Shown here piece by piece: positions 37,553 to 51,778 of a stretch of 64,000 bases of DNA. Numbering within the stretch: position 1 is the stretch's first letter; every line of letters begins with the position of its first letter. The notes under the pieces are model-generated. The model did no database searches and had not been told where the DNA came from. It saw nothing but the letters and a program-made list of their open reading frames with translations. Source of the DNA: Antedon mediterranea. Taxonomy: Eukaryota > Animalia > Echinodermata. The stretch lies in assembly GCF_964355755.1 (NCBI RefSeq), contig NC_092678.1:14286371-14350370 (forward strand), written 5' to 3'. The position numbers and the translations under genes are program-made.

Positions 37553-38620
37553 TGTAAATAACTTGGAGTTATTAATATAAAAAGCACACGTACGTTAAGG
37601 AAAACAAGTCTTCTTTTATTGCTACCTCAATCAGAGTGCCGCCAACGATATTTTTGTTCGTACATAAGTTTGGGACCCCTCATGAAACGTCACAAAATAC
37701 ACATGAATAATACATCAGTTAAATTTATTGTTCCATTTGCACCCAAGCGTATAGATTGATTACAACTGCGATGCGATTCTAGGCCTATATCTCCGCTGTG
37801 GTTGCGGTGGGCGATTTCATAAAAGAATAGCGGCGTTTTATGTGGATTGTCAAAATAAGTACAGCCTTTAGTTTATGGTGTTTTTTAATAGAATTTATTA
37901 CCAACGAATTACGTGTTTAAATTGCATTTGTAAACGAAAGGTCCATTAATATATATTTTTTAATTTCTTTGGTTTTATTGGAAATATTGTAGGCCTAGGG
38001 CTAGCCATTTTTTATCAAAAGAATCGGTGTACGGAGGGGAGAGGATGAGATTCATTATGATCGATAATTGTAACTGTCCTAGACTTATTTGTACAGCCGT
38101 CGATTATTTTACATTTGAAATAGTGCGCTACGTGCGCCAAGAATGTGTCGATGCATTTTCAGTTACCTCATAAGAGCATGATACGTCGTATACTTTAGAA
38201 TGACGAAATAGTATTTAAGAGCATGGAAAGTCACATAAGAGTGACGAAAAAGTATAAGGTCATTAAGAATGAGTATAAGAGCATTAGGAATGAGAACATT
38301 AGGAATGAGAACAATATAATGGTGTGCAGTATAAGAGCATAATTGAATGGTATGATAGAATGACATCACCGCACGTGAAGAGATTACTGGCGTTCGATAA
38401 GAGTGCACGAAGGTAATCACGTGAATGGTGAACAACTAATGAATTATTCATGTTTATTTTGTGACGTTTCATGAGGGGTCCCCAAATTATGTACGAAAAA
38501 AAAATCGCGTGCCGCCAGTGCGGTGATACAGTTGCACATGTGCCCATCGCGTACTACATCCGGGGCAGTTATCATGGTAACGTTCAAAGGTCAGCAAATA
38601 ATATTTATATGAATATTACA
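37553..38620 (-). mobile_element. Solo LTR (~200 bp) carrying a nested MITE
   Basis: TGT...ACA termini, 5-bp TSD GTTAC, AATAAA on - at ~37615-37620; empty site GTGGTTACAGTGT at ~24767. Confidence 0.72.
37645..38508. mobile_element. MULE/Mutator-type MITE
   Basis: ~75-bp TIRs (37645-37719 / 38435-38508) and 9-bp TSD GTGCCGCCA (37636-37644, 38509-38517). Confidence 0.8.
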
Positions 38621-40211
38621 GTTACAGTGTGTATCGGCCTCAACAGCGATCTTGTTTACGTTTATCTGTTCATCTGAAAATATTGTTTTTGTTAAATACA
38701 GTTTTAAGAAGGTGCACAATCATATTAACAACTTTTCTGAATTGTGTTGACGCAATGTTCCCCAAAAACCATAATTATTTTCTTTGCAAATGTATTAAGG
38801 CAAACTCTACAAATGTGCACCACGTACCTTGTAATGTTTACATAAGCCTATATTGTTAACCATCGACAAACACAATAAACGGACTTTCCAATCCAATCTG
38901 ATATTCTATGCCAAAGCACTGCTGTCAATCAAATAAACACGCTATTTGAACACCATGTATGTATCAAGAATTAAATGTGAGATTAATGCAGATATTACAT
39001 TTTCTTAATCCTTTTTTTACTCTATGTATAAATAAATACTTTTATTTTAACTTACAAAACATCGTCAGAATAAGGAAAGTTTGTAAAATACGTCTCTGAT
39101 TTTTTGGATTATTTTTATTTTACAACGAAAATATTGGTGGTGTATTTAAACTTATAATTTCGAGTACGTTATAATAATTAATTCCAGAAAAAACTTCCTA
39201 ACAATACACATGATTGGCTTGTGACTCATGGTCGTACATACACGACACATATAATACACCAGTGAGATAGTGCGTGTTTATATAGAACTTTCAAAATCAT
39301 GTTAATTGACGATAGTTATAATGATAGCATATCTTTCGCAATGGACTATCGTAGGACTGGTACGAAAAGAAGGTATAAACCTTAATTTGAAACGATAAAG
39401 ATGAGGAAATCTGTGTACTATCGCACTAACCTTGTTACTGTTCTTTAGAGCAGCTGAAAAATGTTATGACAGAATCAAACAGCAACATACATACACGTAT
39501 TAATTCCTCTTAAAACAATTAGCAGAGGTAACACTTACAATAGAGAAACAAACATACAATACTGTATAACCTATTGAATCAATTTTCGATCATTTGTGAA
39601 CACCATGTATCACCAACGCCTCACATGTGTTTTTATTTTTTTTTACTTAACCACAATCATGAAAAGAGAGTAAACGTTTTGTAAAGGCTATGGTTATTGT
39701 CTCTCATCTCTATTATCGAATCAATATACGGGTAAATTGGACCGTCTGTTTTATAGTAACAACTTACTAGTACCAAGGTAACACTAGTGCAACGTAGGCA
39801 ACACCGGATCACACACGATCGAATTATTAGAAAGGTTTATATTATGTATATTCAACTCATTAGATTATCGCCATGTCCGTACTATTTAGTATACCGTACA
39901 TTATACATTAAACTGTGAGTCGTTCGGTATGTGTAGACTAGTCTGGCAATGAGTCTGTTAACTTAAAGATGTATTTTACCCCCAAAATATGAACAATGAA
40001 GGTAAATAAGTAATTTAGCAGTTTTAATAAAGTTAATCACTTTCGTAGTATGTCACTTAAAAAGAAAAAATAAACGGTAAAATTCAATCAAAATCCTATT
40101 GACATAATGGCAAAACAAAAATTGCCAATTTGTTTGTTGATATCTGGATTGATGAGCGAAACGCTATTCTGATGTTATCATTAAGACTATGCAGGACTAA
40201 AACTATGTTTA

Positions 40212-41147
40212 AACAAGGCCAACAGCCATTAAGTCGCGTGCTACATTGCATAGTGATACCGGACCGACAGACAAACAGACCGACAGACAGACAAACCGAC
40301 AGACAGACAGACGGACCGACCGACATAGTGAACTATACTGACCGAAATTACTGAACATGTTTAAAAATGTTGAAATGTTTAAAAACATTTATATTTTTTT
40401 AATTTACACGTGCGTAGCCTGTCACTTTTGACGTACTCGTATAACGTAATTTCGAGTTGAAAAGTAAGTCAAGAAAACAGAAATCGGGCAAAAAGAGTGC
40501 GCAATAACATTTAACGCGCAGTGCGCGCGCAAAAAACTGCGCACTCATGGCAATTTTGTAAACGCTTAAAATTGCCTGAAACGTACTCTTATTTCATCGA
40601 AAATAAATTTTGAAAATTTTAAGCGCGCGTACGCATGCGTTACATGCGCTACGCACGTAATTGTATTGCCATATGATGATTTATGCCCTGAAATGTATGA
40701 GTACCAAATTTTATTTAATTGTGATTCATGGTTGTTAAGATATGATTACAAACGTGATTTCGTTAAATCGTGCGTAGACCGCGTAATTTTTTATTGCGCA
40801 CCGTGAAAACATAACCACATCGATTCCTGGCCATAAGGAATATTCTGTGAAAAATTGACTTAGCTAGCTTAAACTGATATCAAGATAAGGTCATAAAGCG
40901 ATAAAACGCATAGTGATTCCGGACCGACAGACAGACAGACCGACAGACAGACCGACAGACAGACAGACCGACCGACCGACATAGTGAACTATAGAGTCGC
41001 TTCCACGCGACTAAAAACAACAGCCATTAAGTCGCGTGCTACAATGCATAGTGATACCGGACCGACAGACAGACCGACAGACCGACAGACAGACCGACCG
41101 ACCGACCGACATAGTGAACTATAGAGTCGCGGCCACGCGACTCAAAA
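40212..41147 (+). mobile_element. Helentron-associated (HINE/DINE-1-like) element with tandem partial copies
   Basis: (GACA/GACC)n tracts at ~40262, ~40922 and ~41060. Subterminal AGTCGCG repeats, and the 3' stem-loop AGTCGC...CCACGCGACT followed by an A run, present twice. Confidence 0.75.
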
Positions 41148-41597
41148 CAGTCAATATGTTTAACTAAAATAAAGTAAATACCTACAGTATCTATGGTGAA
41201 TTATTATATGTATACATTACTTATATTTCGCAACAATACCAAAGAATGGTGAATATTTGTTTTATCTTAGCTACAGTTAGATAACAAACTACAAAGTCTA
41301 ATTTGTATAAGTTTTACAATCCTCATACTGCTTCGTCGGCATACAGGTACTTTTGAAATGACATCAACTTTTGCGCAAGTTTTTCAGTTTAAACTGATTG
41401 TTTTATAACTATCATTAGACAAGTACGTATAAGATATACATTGATTGAAAGCAACGTATTGGAGTTAAACGAGTAATATAGGAGAAACAATATTTAATTG
41501 TATCATTCACAAAAGTGAATACTGTATTATAATAAGGAATTTGTGAGAAAACTAGCTTATTATTAGCTTATCTCCCGTTCCTAGTATTAATTGTTAA

Positions 41598-44500
41598 TTA
41601 TATATTATTGTGATTTAAACTTACAAAGATACTAAGCATTTTCCTCCAATATTTCTGAATAAATCTACAACTAAAAAACAAATGATTTCCATTTTCAATT
41701 TCTCCACATTTGTCACACGTTTGTGTTTCCTTAACTTTCCACTGATACAGCCGTTTGTTGGTAGGCAGTATTCTATGTAACATCGTATAATTGAATTGTG
41801 CTAGTTTCTTATCTTTCATTTTACATACTTTCCGTAACCAAGAAGTTTTCCAATCAATGTTGTTATCATTGAAGTACTCTTCCCATTTTAGTTGTGACAT
41901 TGGAATAATGAAATATTCTTTCACAAACCATGAGTATATTAGTTTGGTAGTATTAATCTCATACTTGGTCCCAACTAATTCATCATTATCATCACAATTG
42001 AAAATATCTACCTCCTTAATAGTACGTTTCCATTGAATTGGTATTGCCTTAATAATGCACAAATACTCATTTAACCAGTTTGTTTTACATTGTAGTTTCA
42101 CCAGTATTTCGTTTGATGTTAAAAAAGTGTTCTTATTAAGAATGTCTTTAATACTGATAATGCCACTGTCAATCCAATGCTTGTAGAAAAGCGATTTTTT
42201 TTTAGTTGAACGTAGTGGTTTCCCCACAGTTGCTCATTCATTATATTGTTATAAGTTTCAGGTTTTTTTTTAGAGATTCTGTTATAATTTATGTAGGCTT
42301 TTATCATATTTTTGTAAAACAGTGGAATTTTATCATAATTAACATCAATAATGTTATAACATGACATATTAAGTAAAACATTAACATCACATATTTTTTT
42401 AATATAATACATTGGAATATTTTTCCATTTAGCACCATCATCATTCAAAATTCTTTTTAACCAGCCACACATGAGTGCGTTAACATGAAGAGTAAAATCA
42501 GGCATTTTAATGCCTCCCATCTCAACATCACCAATTAGAGTTTTTCTTTTTATCTTTTCCCTTTTATTGTTCCAAATAAAATTATATATTAGATTTGTAA
42601 CTTGTGTTCAGGATTATTATTCTACCAAAAATTGAGAGATTTCTAACATTCCATTGTCTTTTCAAGCTCTATTAATTTAACATCCCAGTTTTTTCTGGTA
42701 CATTCTTCTGTATTATACCCTACATAATATATATGCCTAAAATTTTGATCGGGTGTTTTACCCAATTTAATTATAAAGGTCTATCTATTCTGTTCTTCCA
42801 TTTACCAATCCAAAAAGCATTGTTTTTTTTTTTAGTTAGTGTCATTCCAGATACTTCACAAAAACGTTCAATTACACTGACTGCTGACTTAATACTTTTG
42901 TCATTACCAACATACAAAACCGTATCATTGGCTAATTGGCTTATTCTAGCTTCTATGTTATTTTCATTATTTTGAAGTTTAATACCCTTATAGTCATCTT
43001 TGTTTCTTATTCTAGATGCCATTACTTCAACCACTAGAATGAATAACAGAGCAGATAGAGGACAACCTTGTCTAATACCTCTTTCCATTTTAAAATTGTT
43101 TGAAACCCAACCATTGTTAACTGTGACACATTCAACGTTATTGTATAATACTTTTACCCAGTTACAAAAGAACATTCCAAAGTTAAACTTTTCTAGAACA
43201 TTGAACATAAAATCTCTACTAATAGAGTCAAAAGCCTTCTTAAAATCTACGGTAATTATTGCCCCTTCGATATCATTAAAATCTGTATAATAAAGCAGGT
43301 CTTCTATTAACCGAATGTTTTCACCAGCGAAACGGCCTTTTATATAACCTTTTTGGTCTGAACTTACTATTGATTTAATGACCATTTTAAGTCTGTTACT
43401 TAATACATGTGCAAGAATTTTGTAATCGGTGTTTAAGAGGGTAATGGGACGCCAATTATTCAAATTTTCTCTTTCTCCATCCTTGAACAAAAGGGTGATT
43501 ACACCTCGTTTTTGCGAAAAGGATAATTCTTGAGAATTATAACTTTCATTTAACGCATCGCAAATTAAATGTTTAATATTATTCCAAAAGAACACATAAC
43601 ATTCAACACTTAGACCATCCGATCCAGGTGTTTTATTTTTTTCCATCATTGAAATGGCCTTTTTACATTCATCAATAGTGACGTAACCTTCACAATTTTA
43701 TTTTTCTATTTCTGAAAGCTTGTTTATAATAGAATTACAAAGGTATTTATTAATTTTTCCAGGGTTTTTAACATTTTTTGCGTATAAACCTTCGAAATGT
43801 TATATTTGTTCCTTTAAAATATCAATTGGGCTCGTTGCTAAGCTCCCATCTTTAGTAATTAAACTTTTTATGTGTTTCTTTTTACTTTTGGATCTTTCTA
43901 ACCCAAGAAAGTATTTTGTATTCCGCTCGCCTTCCTCTATCCATTTTACTCTGGACCTAATTTGCGCGCCTTTTGCTTCTACATTATAAATGTCTTCAAG
44001 CTCAATTTTTTTGTTTTCAATTTTATTTTCAATGGTTATATCACAATTTTGAGTATTCATAATTGTTTCATTTAAGTTTTTTATTTGTTTTTGTAATGTT
44101 TCTTTCTTTTTATTCTGGTTTTTATTTTTTTGTTTTCCGTATGCAATTGAAAATGCTTTTATTTTTGTTTTTACAAGCTCCCATAACAAACTTGCACTTA
44201 CAGGTTCTCTATTATTTTTTAGTATTGAAACATCAATTATTTGAATTACTAATTTTGTAAATGTTTCATCTTTCAGAAAGCTATTGTTGAACATTCATAA
44301 ACCAGGACCGCGTTTTTTTTCATGCAAATCTATTTTAATTGATACCGCCTGGTGATCTGTGAGAATAGCTGGACGAATGTCCCAGGCTAAAACATCTCCA
44401 TTTGAAAAGAGATCTTCTGATATTAACCAGTAATCCAGCCTACGGAAAATGTTGTTAAATCTCTTACGCAACGTAAATTGTCGCTTATTCATGTTTTTGG

Positions 44501-45053
44501 ATCTCCAAATATCATTTAAATTTAAATTTTTCATTAGGTTTTTAATCGTAAAAACAGATTTTTCAGACCTATTTGCGCTACCTTTTTGGTCAATGTCACT
44601 ATTCATGATGCAATTCAGATCTCCACCTAGAATGATATAATTACCCTTCACTCCATCAAAGTCATTGTAACATTTGTGTATGGTCCTAAAGAATGCACTT
44701 CTATTTTTGTTTTCATTAGGAGCATAAATATTTATAATGTCCAATTCCTTTTCATTTATCATTAAATTAAGAAATATATATCTTCCATCAATATCAGTTA
44801 ACTTTTTAACAATTTTACATTCAAGACCTTTTCGTAATAGTATCGACACTCCTCTACTATGTGAAATACCTATACTATGGATCACTTCACCTTCCCAAAC
44901 AAAGTTTGATTTATTAATAATCTCATTTGTTAGATGGGTTTCCTGAAGCAGACATATATCCGCTTTTTGATCTTTTACCCATTGGAATAGCTTATGTTGC
45001 TTATTTATATTTCTAGCTCCTCTAACGTTTAGTGTTATACAATGTAAATTCAT
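41598..45053 (-). pseudogene. Tx1 ORF2: APE endonuclease + RT + CCHC, several stops/frameshifts
   Basis: TLNVRG, CLLQETH, NIYAPN, GGDLNC, RRLDYWL, TDH; KTPGSDG, DFKKAFDS, RQGCPLS, QLANDT; CDKCGEIENGNHLFFSC. Confidence 0.92.
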
Positions 45054-46372
45054 AAGATTAGAGTAAAGAGCTTCCTAGGAAAATTACAATTATTTGGAAT
45101 ACATATTATTATTAAGATTAAATTACTTGTTTTTGTTTCTCTTTCTTAAACTTCTTTTTTCAATACTCTTTGTTTTTTCTTCTGTCCTGCCTTCATTTCC
45201 GGACTGTTCCTTCAGATCTCTCGCTGCTTTCTTGTTTGAGCTAACACTTTTACTTTTTTGCATACTTTTTTTCAAAGTAATCAGTTACCTTCTTCTGTTC
45301 ATGCTCCTCTCTTACCCCAACTTCCTGCTCCTCTCTTTCTTCAGATTTCTGGTACTTTCTTCCCGGTACTTCTTGTTCCTCTCCTTCTTCAACTTCCTCC
45401 TCCTCTCTTTCGTCCACTTCCTGCTCTTCTCTCTGCTCCTCTCTGTCATCATCTTCCTGCTCATTTTGGTTTGTGTTGTTCTATAGTGATCACACTTGTT
45501 TCTTTCTGCGCATTTTCATCATCTGATGATTCACTACTTCCATCAATACTAAACACTTCATCATGTGTTTCTGTATCAGATTGTACCGTAGCTCTTTTCC
45601 CGTAGTGGTTATCGTTAGTATTATTATTTTTTTGGGTTTTCAAAGTTAAAAACCGATTCCCAAACTTTATTAATGTATGCACCAGGTGAACCAGATGATG
45701 ATACATTATGCGCTTCAACATTACATCTGTCCCTAGTATGCCCTGGTAAATGACACTTGAAACAGATTATATCAGCTTTTCATTGAAAAGCTAAATGCCC
45801 AGTCTTTGTACATTTGTTGCATTTCACTTCCTGACCGTCATGAAAAGCCCGTGCTCTAAAACCATTTATTATTATCTGTCTTGGTATTGGCGATTTTAGC
45901 TTTTCTACAACGACAGCTCTGTCACCGTTTAGCCAGCTGGTTAATTGACCATTAACCCTTATTTTTAGCCTTGTAACATTTCCTATTGGTTTGCATCCTA
46001 GCGTTTTCAACTTGCTAGCAATCTCTACGTCAGCAACCGATAATGGTATATCCTTTATGACTATTCTCGTTGTTTCCATGTTGTTGTATGACTAATAAGG
46101 ATTTTTATCATGAATTGTAATATTACAATTCCTAATGTTTAGTCCATTCGTAATTAGTTTCACTCTATCATTTCTATTATTTAGATAAATTCGCCATAGG
46201 TTCTGTATTTTTTGAACACCAATTATACTTTCTGCAGCAATTATTTTTAGTAGGGCTATACATAGGTCTTCATCTTTGAAAAAGCTTTTTCCTGTTGGTA
46301 TTTGATCAGCCTTCAAAAAGATTGGCTTCACTACACTACGTTCTTTGTTTACTGTTTGCCCGTTCATCCTGC

Positions 46373-46507
46373 TGTGATGGGTTTGTCACACGGAAGTGAG
46401 CCCTCTAGAGTAAAAGAGAGAGGAGATGAATAAAGATGGACGACAACTACAACGTGTTTTGTTATGTTCTTATTGTTGGTTTCAGCCTAACGAGCGAGCC
46501 CGTAACA
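46373..46507 (+). repeat. 5' LTR
   Basis: TGTGATG...GTAACA; contains AATAAA. Confidence 0.95.
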
Positions 46508-46510
46508 AAT

Positions 46511-46527
46511 TGGGGGGTCATCCGGGA
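46511..46527 (+). promoter_or_regulatory. Primer binding site, tRNA-Pro-like
   Basis: TGGGGGGTCATCCGGGA versus the canonical tRNA-Pro PBS TGGGGGCTCGTCCGGGA. Confidence 0.8.
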
Positions 46528-46859
46528 ACAAAGTGCGGAATTGTAGTTGTAGATCGAACTGATGGTAATTTTAGTTACTTATTCTAAGCTGGTTTTAGGT
46601 TTAGAGGCGTTTTATAACGAACGAGGTTTGGCGGTCGTCGAGCCAGTACACTGTGTTGTTGTTTTAGGCTTGTGTAGGCTTGCCTGTGATAGTAGAAGTC
46701 GGTTTGGCTTTGATTTTAGGGGTCTAGTTATTGAGACCACGGTGTACGGTAGGTTTAATACTGTGTGGGCTTGGCAGGTAAATAATTACTGGTGCCTTAA
46801 TTATCGTCATATTGGTTATTTTAACCTGTGTTTTTGTTTGTTTGTTTCGAAGAGAAACT

Positions 46860-49800
46860 ATGTCAGAAAGTGATTTTGACGAGGAATTTTTGGATAGCAT
46901 GTCCATTGAGGTGGTAGCTCAGCTATCAGAGGAACGTTTGCGACTCCTAGGTACTAGGGTTGGAGCATCTATAAATGATTCCATGAATAAATATGACTTG
47001 ATAAATGTGATTGGAAATCATGTTGGTTTAATTACTCATGAATCCGTAAAAACTGCGAGGAATGAGGTAGAGTTGGCTAGAATTGAGTTGGAACGTGAAA
47101 AATTGATTTTTAAAAGAAGAAAAATAGAGATGCAAACTCAAAGAGAAATGGAAAAAGAAAAACATGAATTTGAGTTAAGGAAATTAGAATTAGCTAACCA
47201 AATGGGTCACACCACACGGGTTTCTACACCTAAGGATTCAGAGATTACTCAGAATATTAAATGGGTTCCCAAGTTTAATGAGGACGAGGTAGAGACATAT
47301 TTTTTAGCTTTTGAGAAAATTGCTAATAGATTAAAGTGGCCTGCTAGACACTGGACTGTGTTGTTACAAACTGCTCTTGTGGGTAAAGCCCAAGAGGTAT
47401 TTTCTGCATTGGCTGATGATCAATGTGAAAGCTATGATGCGGTTAAAACTGCTGTTTTGTCAGCTTATGAATTAGTTCCAGAGGCGTATCGTCAGAAATT
47501 TTGGAACTTAGGTAAACCTTATGATCAAACGTTTACAGAATTTGCACGTAAGAAGCAGATTCTTTTTGATAGATGGTGTAGTTTGGAAGGAGTAAAGGGT
47601 GAATTTGGAAAGCTTCGTGAGCTTATGTTAGTTGAGGAGTTTAAATCTTGTTCCCCTACTGAAGTTCGAACACATCTAGAGGAGCAGAAAGTTGATAATT
47701 TAATGAAAGCGGCTTCTGTTGCCGATAATGATGTGCTCACGCACAAGGTGGTGGTGACCAAATCGGTTTCCAAATCTGTTGATGATTCTAAGGTCCAAAG
47801 TCAGAAAACTACAGTTAATAGTAGTATTAAATTTGTCAGAACTTGTTTTTACTGCAAGAAAAACGGTCATATAAAGGCAGATTGCTGGCTGTTTCAAAGC
47901 AAATCTAAAGGGGATAATAAGAAACCCAAATCACTTCCAAACACGTTAGTAAATACAGTCCCGTTGAAAGTGACAGCGAGTCATGACGTTGATGAATGTG
48001 AGAAGTTGATCCAATCTTCAGGTCCGGAAAAAGTGCGAAAGCTATTTAAGCCTTTCCTCTCTACTGGTTCTGTAGCATTGATCGACGATGTGAATCTGAG
48101 TAAAGTTCGTGTCTTAAGAGACACAGGGGCGTCACAATCCCTGATAATAGAATCGGCATTGTCATTTTCAAACGAGTCTTCTGCTGGAGCAAGTGTGCTC
48201 ATTCAAGGTGTTGACGGGGTTATAAGGAAATCCCACATCATATATATAACATATATTGTTAGCGGAGATTTTGTTGTCGGTGTAGTTCCGAGTCTTCCAG
48301 TATGGGGTGTCACACTCCTTTTGGGGAATGATTTGGCCGGAGACAGAGTGACAGTAGAACCGGTTGTGTGCAAAAGTCCTGTTGAAGACGAAAGCACGGT
48401 GTGTTTAGAGAAAGAATTATCACATGTGTTTCCATCATGTGCGGTGACGCGATCTATGGCAAATAAAACCATAGATGAGGATGAGAGTATTGACTCATGT
48501 GTTTTTACGGAGAAATTACAGATCGCGTTTCCCAAGAGGCTCAGGTCCCGAGTCACACACTGCCCAGGCTGAACAACAGCACCCAAAAGTGTGTGATTTC
48601 GGTCCGACAGTTCTCAATCGGTCTAGGTTAGTGGAAGAGCAGAGTAATGATCCTGATTTGGTGTCATTTGGTCAGCAAGCTCTTTCTGTAGAGGAAATGT
48701 CTATTGTTCCTGTTTGTTATTATATAAAGGATGGCATACTTATGCGTAAGTGGAGGCCACCAGATAATCCAAGAAGTGATGTTTGGAATGAGATTCACCA
48801 GATAGTTATTCCTAGTGGATACCGTCAGGATATTATTGGTATTGCGCATGATGATCCTCTTTAAGGGCATTTATGTGTCAATAAAACGGTAGACAAAATT
48901 CTCAGGCATTTCTTTTGGCCAAGTCTTATAAAGATGTGTCTAACTATTGTAAATCCTGTCATGCGTGTCAGGTAGTGGGGAAACCTAATCAAAAGGTTCC
49001 AGTAGCCCCACTTAAGCCTATTCCTGCATTCGGTGAACCATTTTCAAGGGTTATTGTTGATTGTGTGGGACCATTACCACGTACTTAAAATGGAAATGAG
49101 TATCTATTAACAATAATGTGTGCATCAAGTAGATTTCCAGAAGCGATTCCTCTTAGGCGTATTACAGCTAAGAATGTTGTTAAGGCATTGGTAAAATTCT
49201 TTACATGGGTAGGATTGACTAAAGCTGTTCATCAGTCCGATCAAGGATCAAACTTCATGTCAAAAATATTTAAACAAGTCTTAGAGCAGTTAGGTGTTGC
49301 CCATATAAGTTCAAGTGCTTACCATCCACAGTCTCAGGGGGCACTTGAGAGATTTCATCAAACACTTAAAAATATGATTAAAACCTATTGTTTTCAATGT
49401 GAAATGGAATGGGATGAGGGTGTTTCCTTATTGTTATTCGCTGTTCGTGAAACAGTGCAAGAGTTCTTAGGATTTAGCCCATTTGAGTTAGTGTATGGTC
49501 ATTCGGTGCGAGGTCCTCTTAAAATAGTCAAAGAAAGGCTGTTAGGGAATGCAGAAGAGTCTGTATCGATACTAGATTATGTGTCTGAATTTCGTGATCG
49601 ATTAAATCGTGCTCGTGAGATGGCTAGAAAGAATCTTGTGTAGGCTCAGGGTAAAATGAAGAGATTGTTTGATAGGAAATCAGAAAAGAGAAGCTTTAAT
49701 TCAGGTGATGAAGTGTTAGTTATGTTGCCTCTTCCCAGTCAACCATTATCTGCAAGATTTGCTGGTCCTTACAAAGTATTAGAAAGAGTAGGAGAAGTTG

Positions 49801-51380
49801 ACTATGTGTTAGATACTCCAGATAGGCATAAGAAGAAGCGACTGTGTCATATAAACATGTTGAAACCATACACAGCGAGAAATAATACTGATACCTGTAC
49901 GTCAACAGCAGTTGTGTGTGTTGTTGAAGAGAATTCTGAAGAGTTTGGTGATCCTGATACATGTGTTAAGTTCAGTAATTCAGATGTTCTTGCAAACATT
50001 GAACAGAAAGTTGGTCATTTATCTCACGATCGTAAGGTTGAAATTGTTAGTTTGATATTTGGAAATCTGCAGTTGTTTTCCGATGTTCCAGGTCGAACGA
50101 CCTTAGTGGAGCATGACGTTAAGACAGCTGATTGTTCACCAATAAAACAAAATCCATATAGAGTAAATCCGTTCAAGATGAAGATATTACAAAATGAGAT
50201 TGATTACATGATTAAGAATGATATAATCGAGCCTAGTTGCAGTGCTTAGAGTTCTCCATGTATATTAGTTCCGAAGCCAGATAAATCGTATCGTTTTTGT
50301 ACTGATTATCGGAAGGTTAATGCAACATCTACTACAGATTCATATCCCATACCGAGGATAGACTGTATTGATCGTGTGGGTAGTGCTAAGTTTGTCAGTA
50401 AATTTGATCTTCTAAAGGGTTACTGGCAAATTCCTTTAACAGAGCGTGCGAAAGAAGTGTCAGCTTTTGTAACTCCTATGGGTCTTTATCAGTATAAAGT
50501 CATGCCTTTCGGTTTAAAGAATGCACCAGCCACGTTCCAGAGATTGGTTAATTGTATAATTTCAGGGTTGGAGGGCTGTGAAGCTTATATAGACGATTTG
50601 GTTGTTTATAGTGATACATGGGATGTCCATGTGCAGAGAATTAAGGCATTGTTTGACAGGTTGACAGCTGCAAAGTTGACAGTAAATTTGGTGAAAAGTG
50701 AGTTTTCCTGTGCAGAAATTGTGTTCTTAGTTGGTTGCGGAAAAGTTAAACCATTAATTGCTAAGATTAAGGCAGTCTGTGATTTTCCAGTTCCAAAGAG
50801 TAAGCAGGAGTTAATGCGGTTCCTGGGAATGGCTGGGTTTTATCGACGTTTTTGCAGAAGTTTCTCAACGCTTGAAGCTCCATTAACGAATCTGCTGAAA
50901 AAGAATGCGAGCTTTGTGTGGTTGGAGGAATGCAATAATGCGTTCATTAAAGTTAAAGCGATGTTATCAAACGAACCGGTGTTGATGACTCCACAATTTG
51001 ATAAACAGTTTTCGTTAATGATTGATGCCAGTGATGTTGGTTCTGGTGCTGTGTTGGCGCAAACAGACGAGAATGGTGTTGACAAGCCTGTGTGTTTCTA
51101 CTCGAGAAAATTCAACCAGCATGAGAAACGTTATTCTACTGTTGAGAAGGAGACATTAGCTTTGATGTCAGCGTTAAAGCACTTAGAAGTGTATCTTGGA
51201 TCTACTCCGTTTCCAATTGTAGTTTGGACTGACCACAACCCATTAACGTTCTTGGCAAGAATGAAGGACAAGAATCAACGCTTGTTGAGATGGAGTTTAG
51301 CAGTTCAAGAAATGAATCTGGAAATTCATCATATCAGAGGAAAAGACAATGTTGTAGCTGACGCTTTGTCAAGAGTTTAG
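46860..51380 (+). pseudogene. gag-pol polyprotein (capsid/SCAN-like, CCHC, protease, integrase, RT, RNase H) with stops and frameshifts
   Basis: YFLAFEKIA...YELVPEAYRQKF; CFYCKKNGHIKADC; LRDTGAS; SDQGSNF...YHPQSQGALERFH; GPY; FDLLKGYWQ, MPFGLKNAPATFQR, YIDD; DASDVG...TDHNPL...ADALSR. Confidence 0.93.
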
Positions 51381-51643
51381 ATAAAACATGCATGAAATGA
51401 TTTTAAAAGTTTTGTTGATTTTAAAAGTGTTTATTTAATTATAATATGTTAGTTGTGATAGAGTGATGCATTAATGGCATACACGGATTTAAAGTAATTG
51501 GAACTTGTGGAATTTTAAAGAAGCAGTTGAAGTAAATTCATATCAACGACCGGTTAAAATAACTACTGTATAAGAAAATATTTAAGATGTTATAGTAAAC
51601 AGTTATAAGTTTAATCATATCAAACTTTCTTTAAGTGGGGGTG

Positions 51644-51778
51644 TGTGATGAGTTTGTCACACGGAAGTGAGCCCTCTAGAGTAAAAGAGAGAGGAAATGA
51701 ATAACGATGGACGACAACTACAACGTGTTTTGTTATGTTCTTATTGTTGGTTTCAGCCTAACGAGCGAGCCCGTAACA
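51644..51778 (+). repeat. 3' LTR, preceded by polypurine tract AAGTGGGGGTG
   Basis: Matches the 5' LTR. Confidence 0.95.

Larger units (their letters stand above)
46373..51778 (+). mobile_element. Full-length Gmr1-like Ty3/Gypsy LTR retrotransposon
   Basis: 135-bp LTRs TG...CA (3 mismatches), 4-bp TSD CTGC, PBS, PPT, and order gag-PR-INT-RT-RNaseH. Confidence 0.95.

Noticed and set aside
40096-40354. ORFs with SVCL/TDRQ repeats
   Set aside because: Translations of the (GACA)n microsatellite in the Helentron-type element.
45094-45605. Hydrophobic Leu/Phe-rich + strand ORFs resembling membrane proteins
   Set aside because: Antisense of the purine-rich charged C-terminus of Tx1 ORF1.
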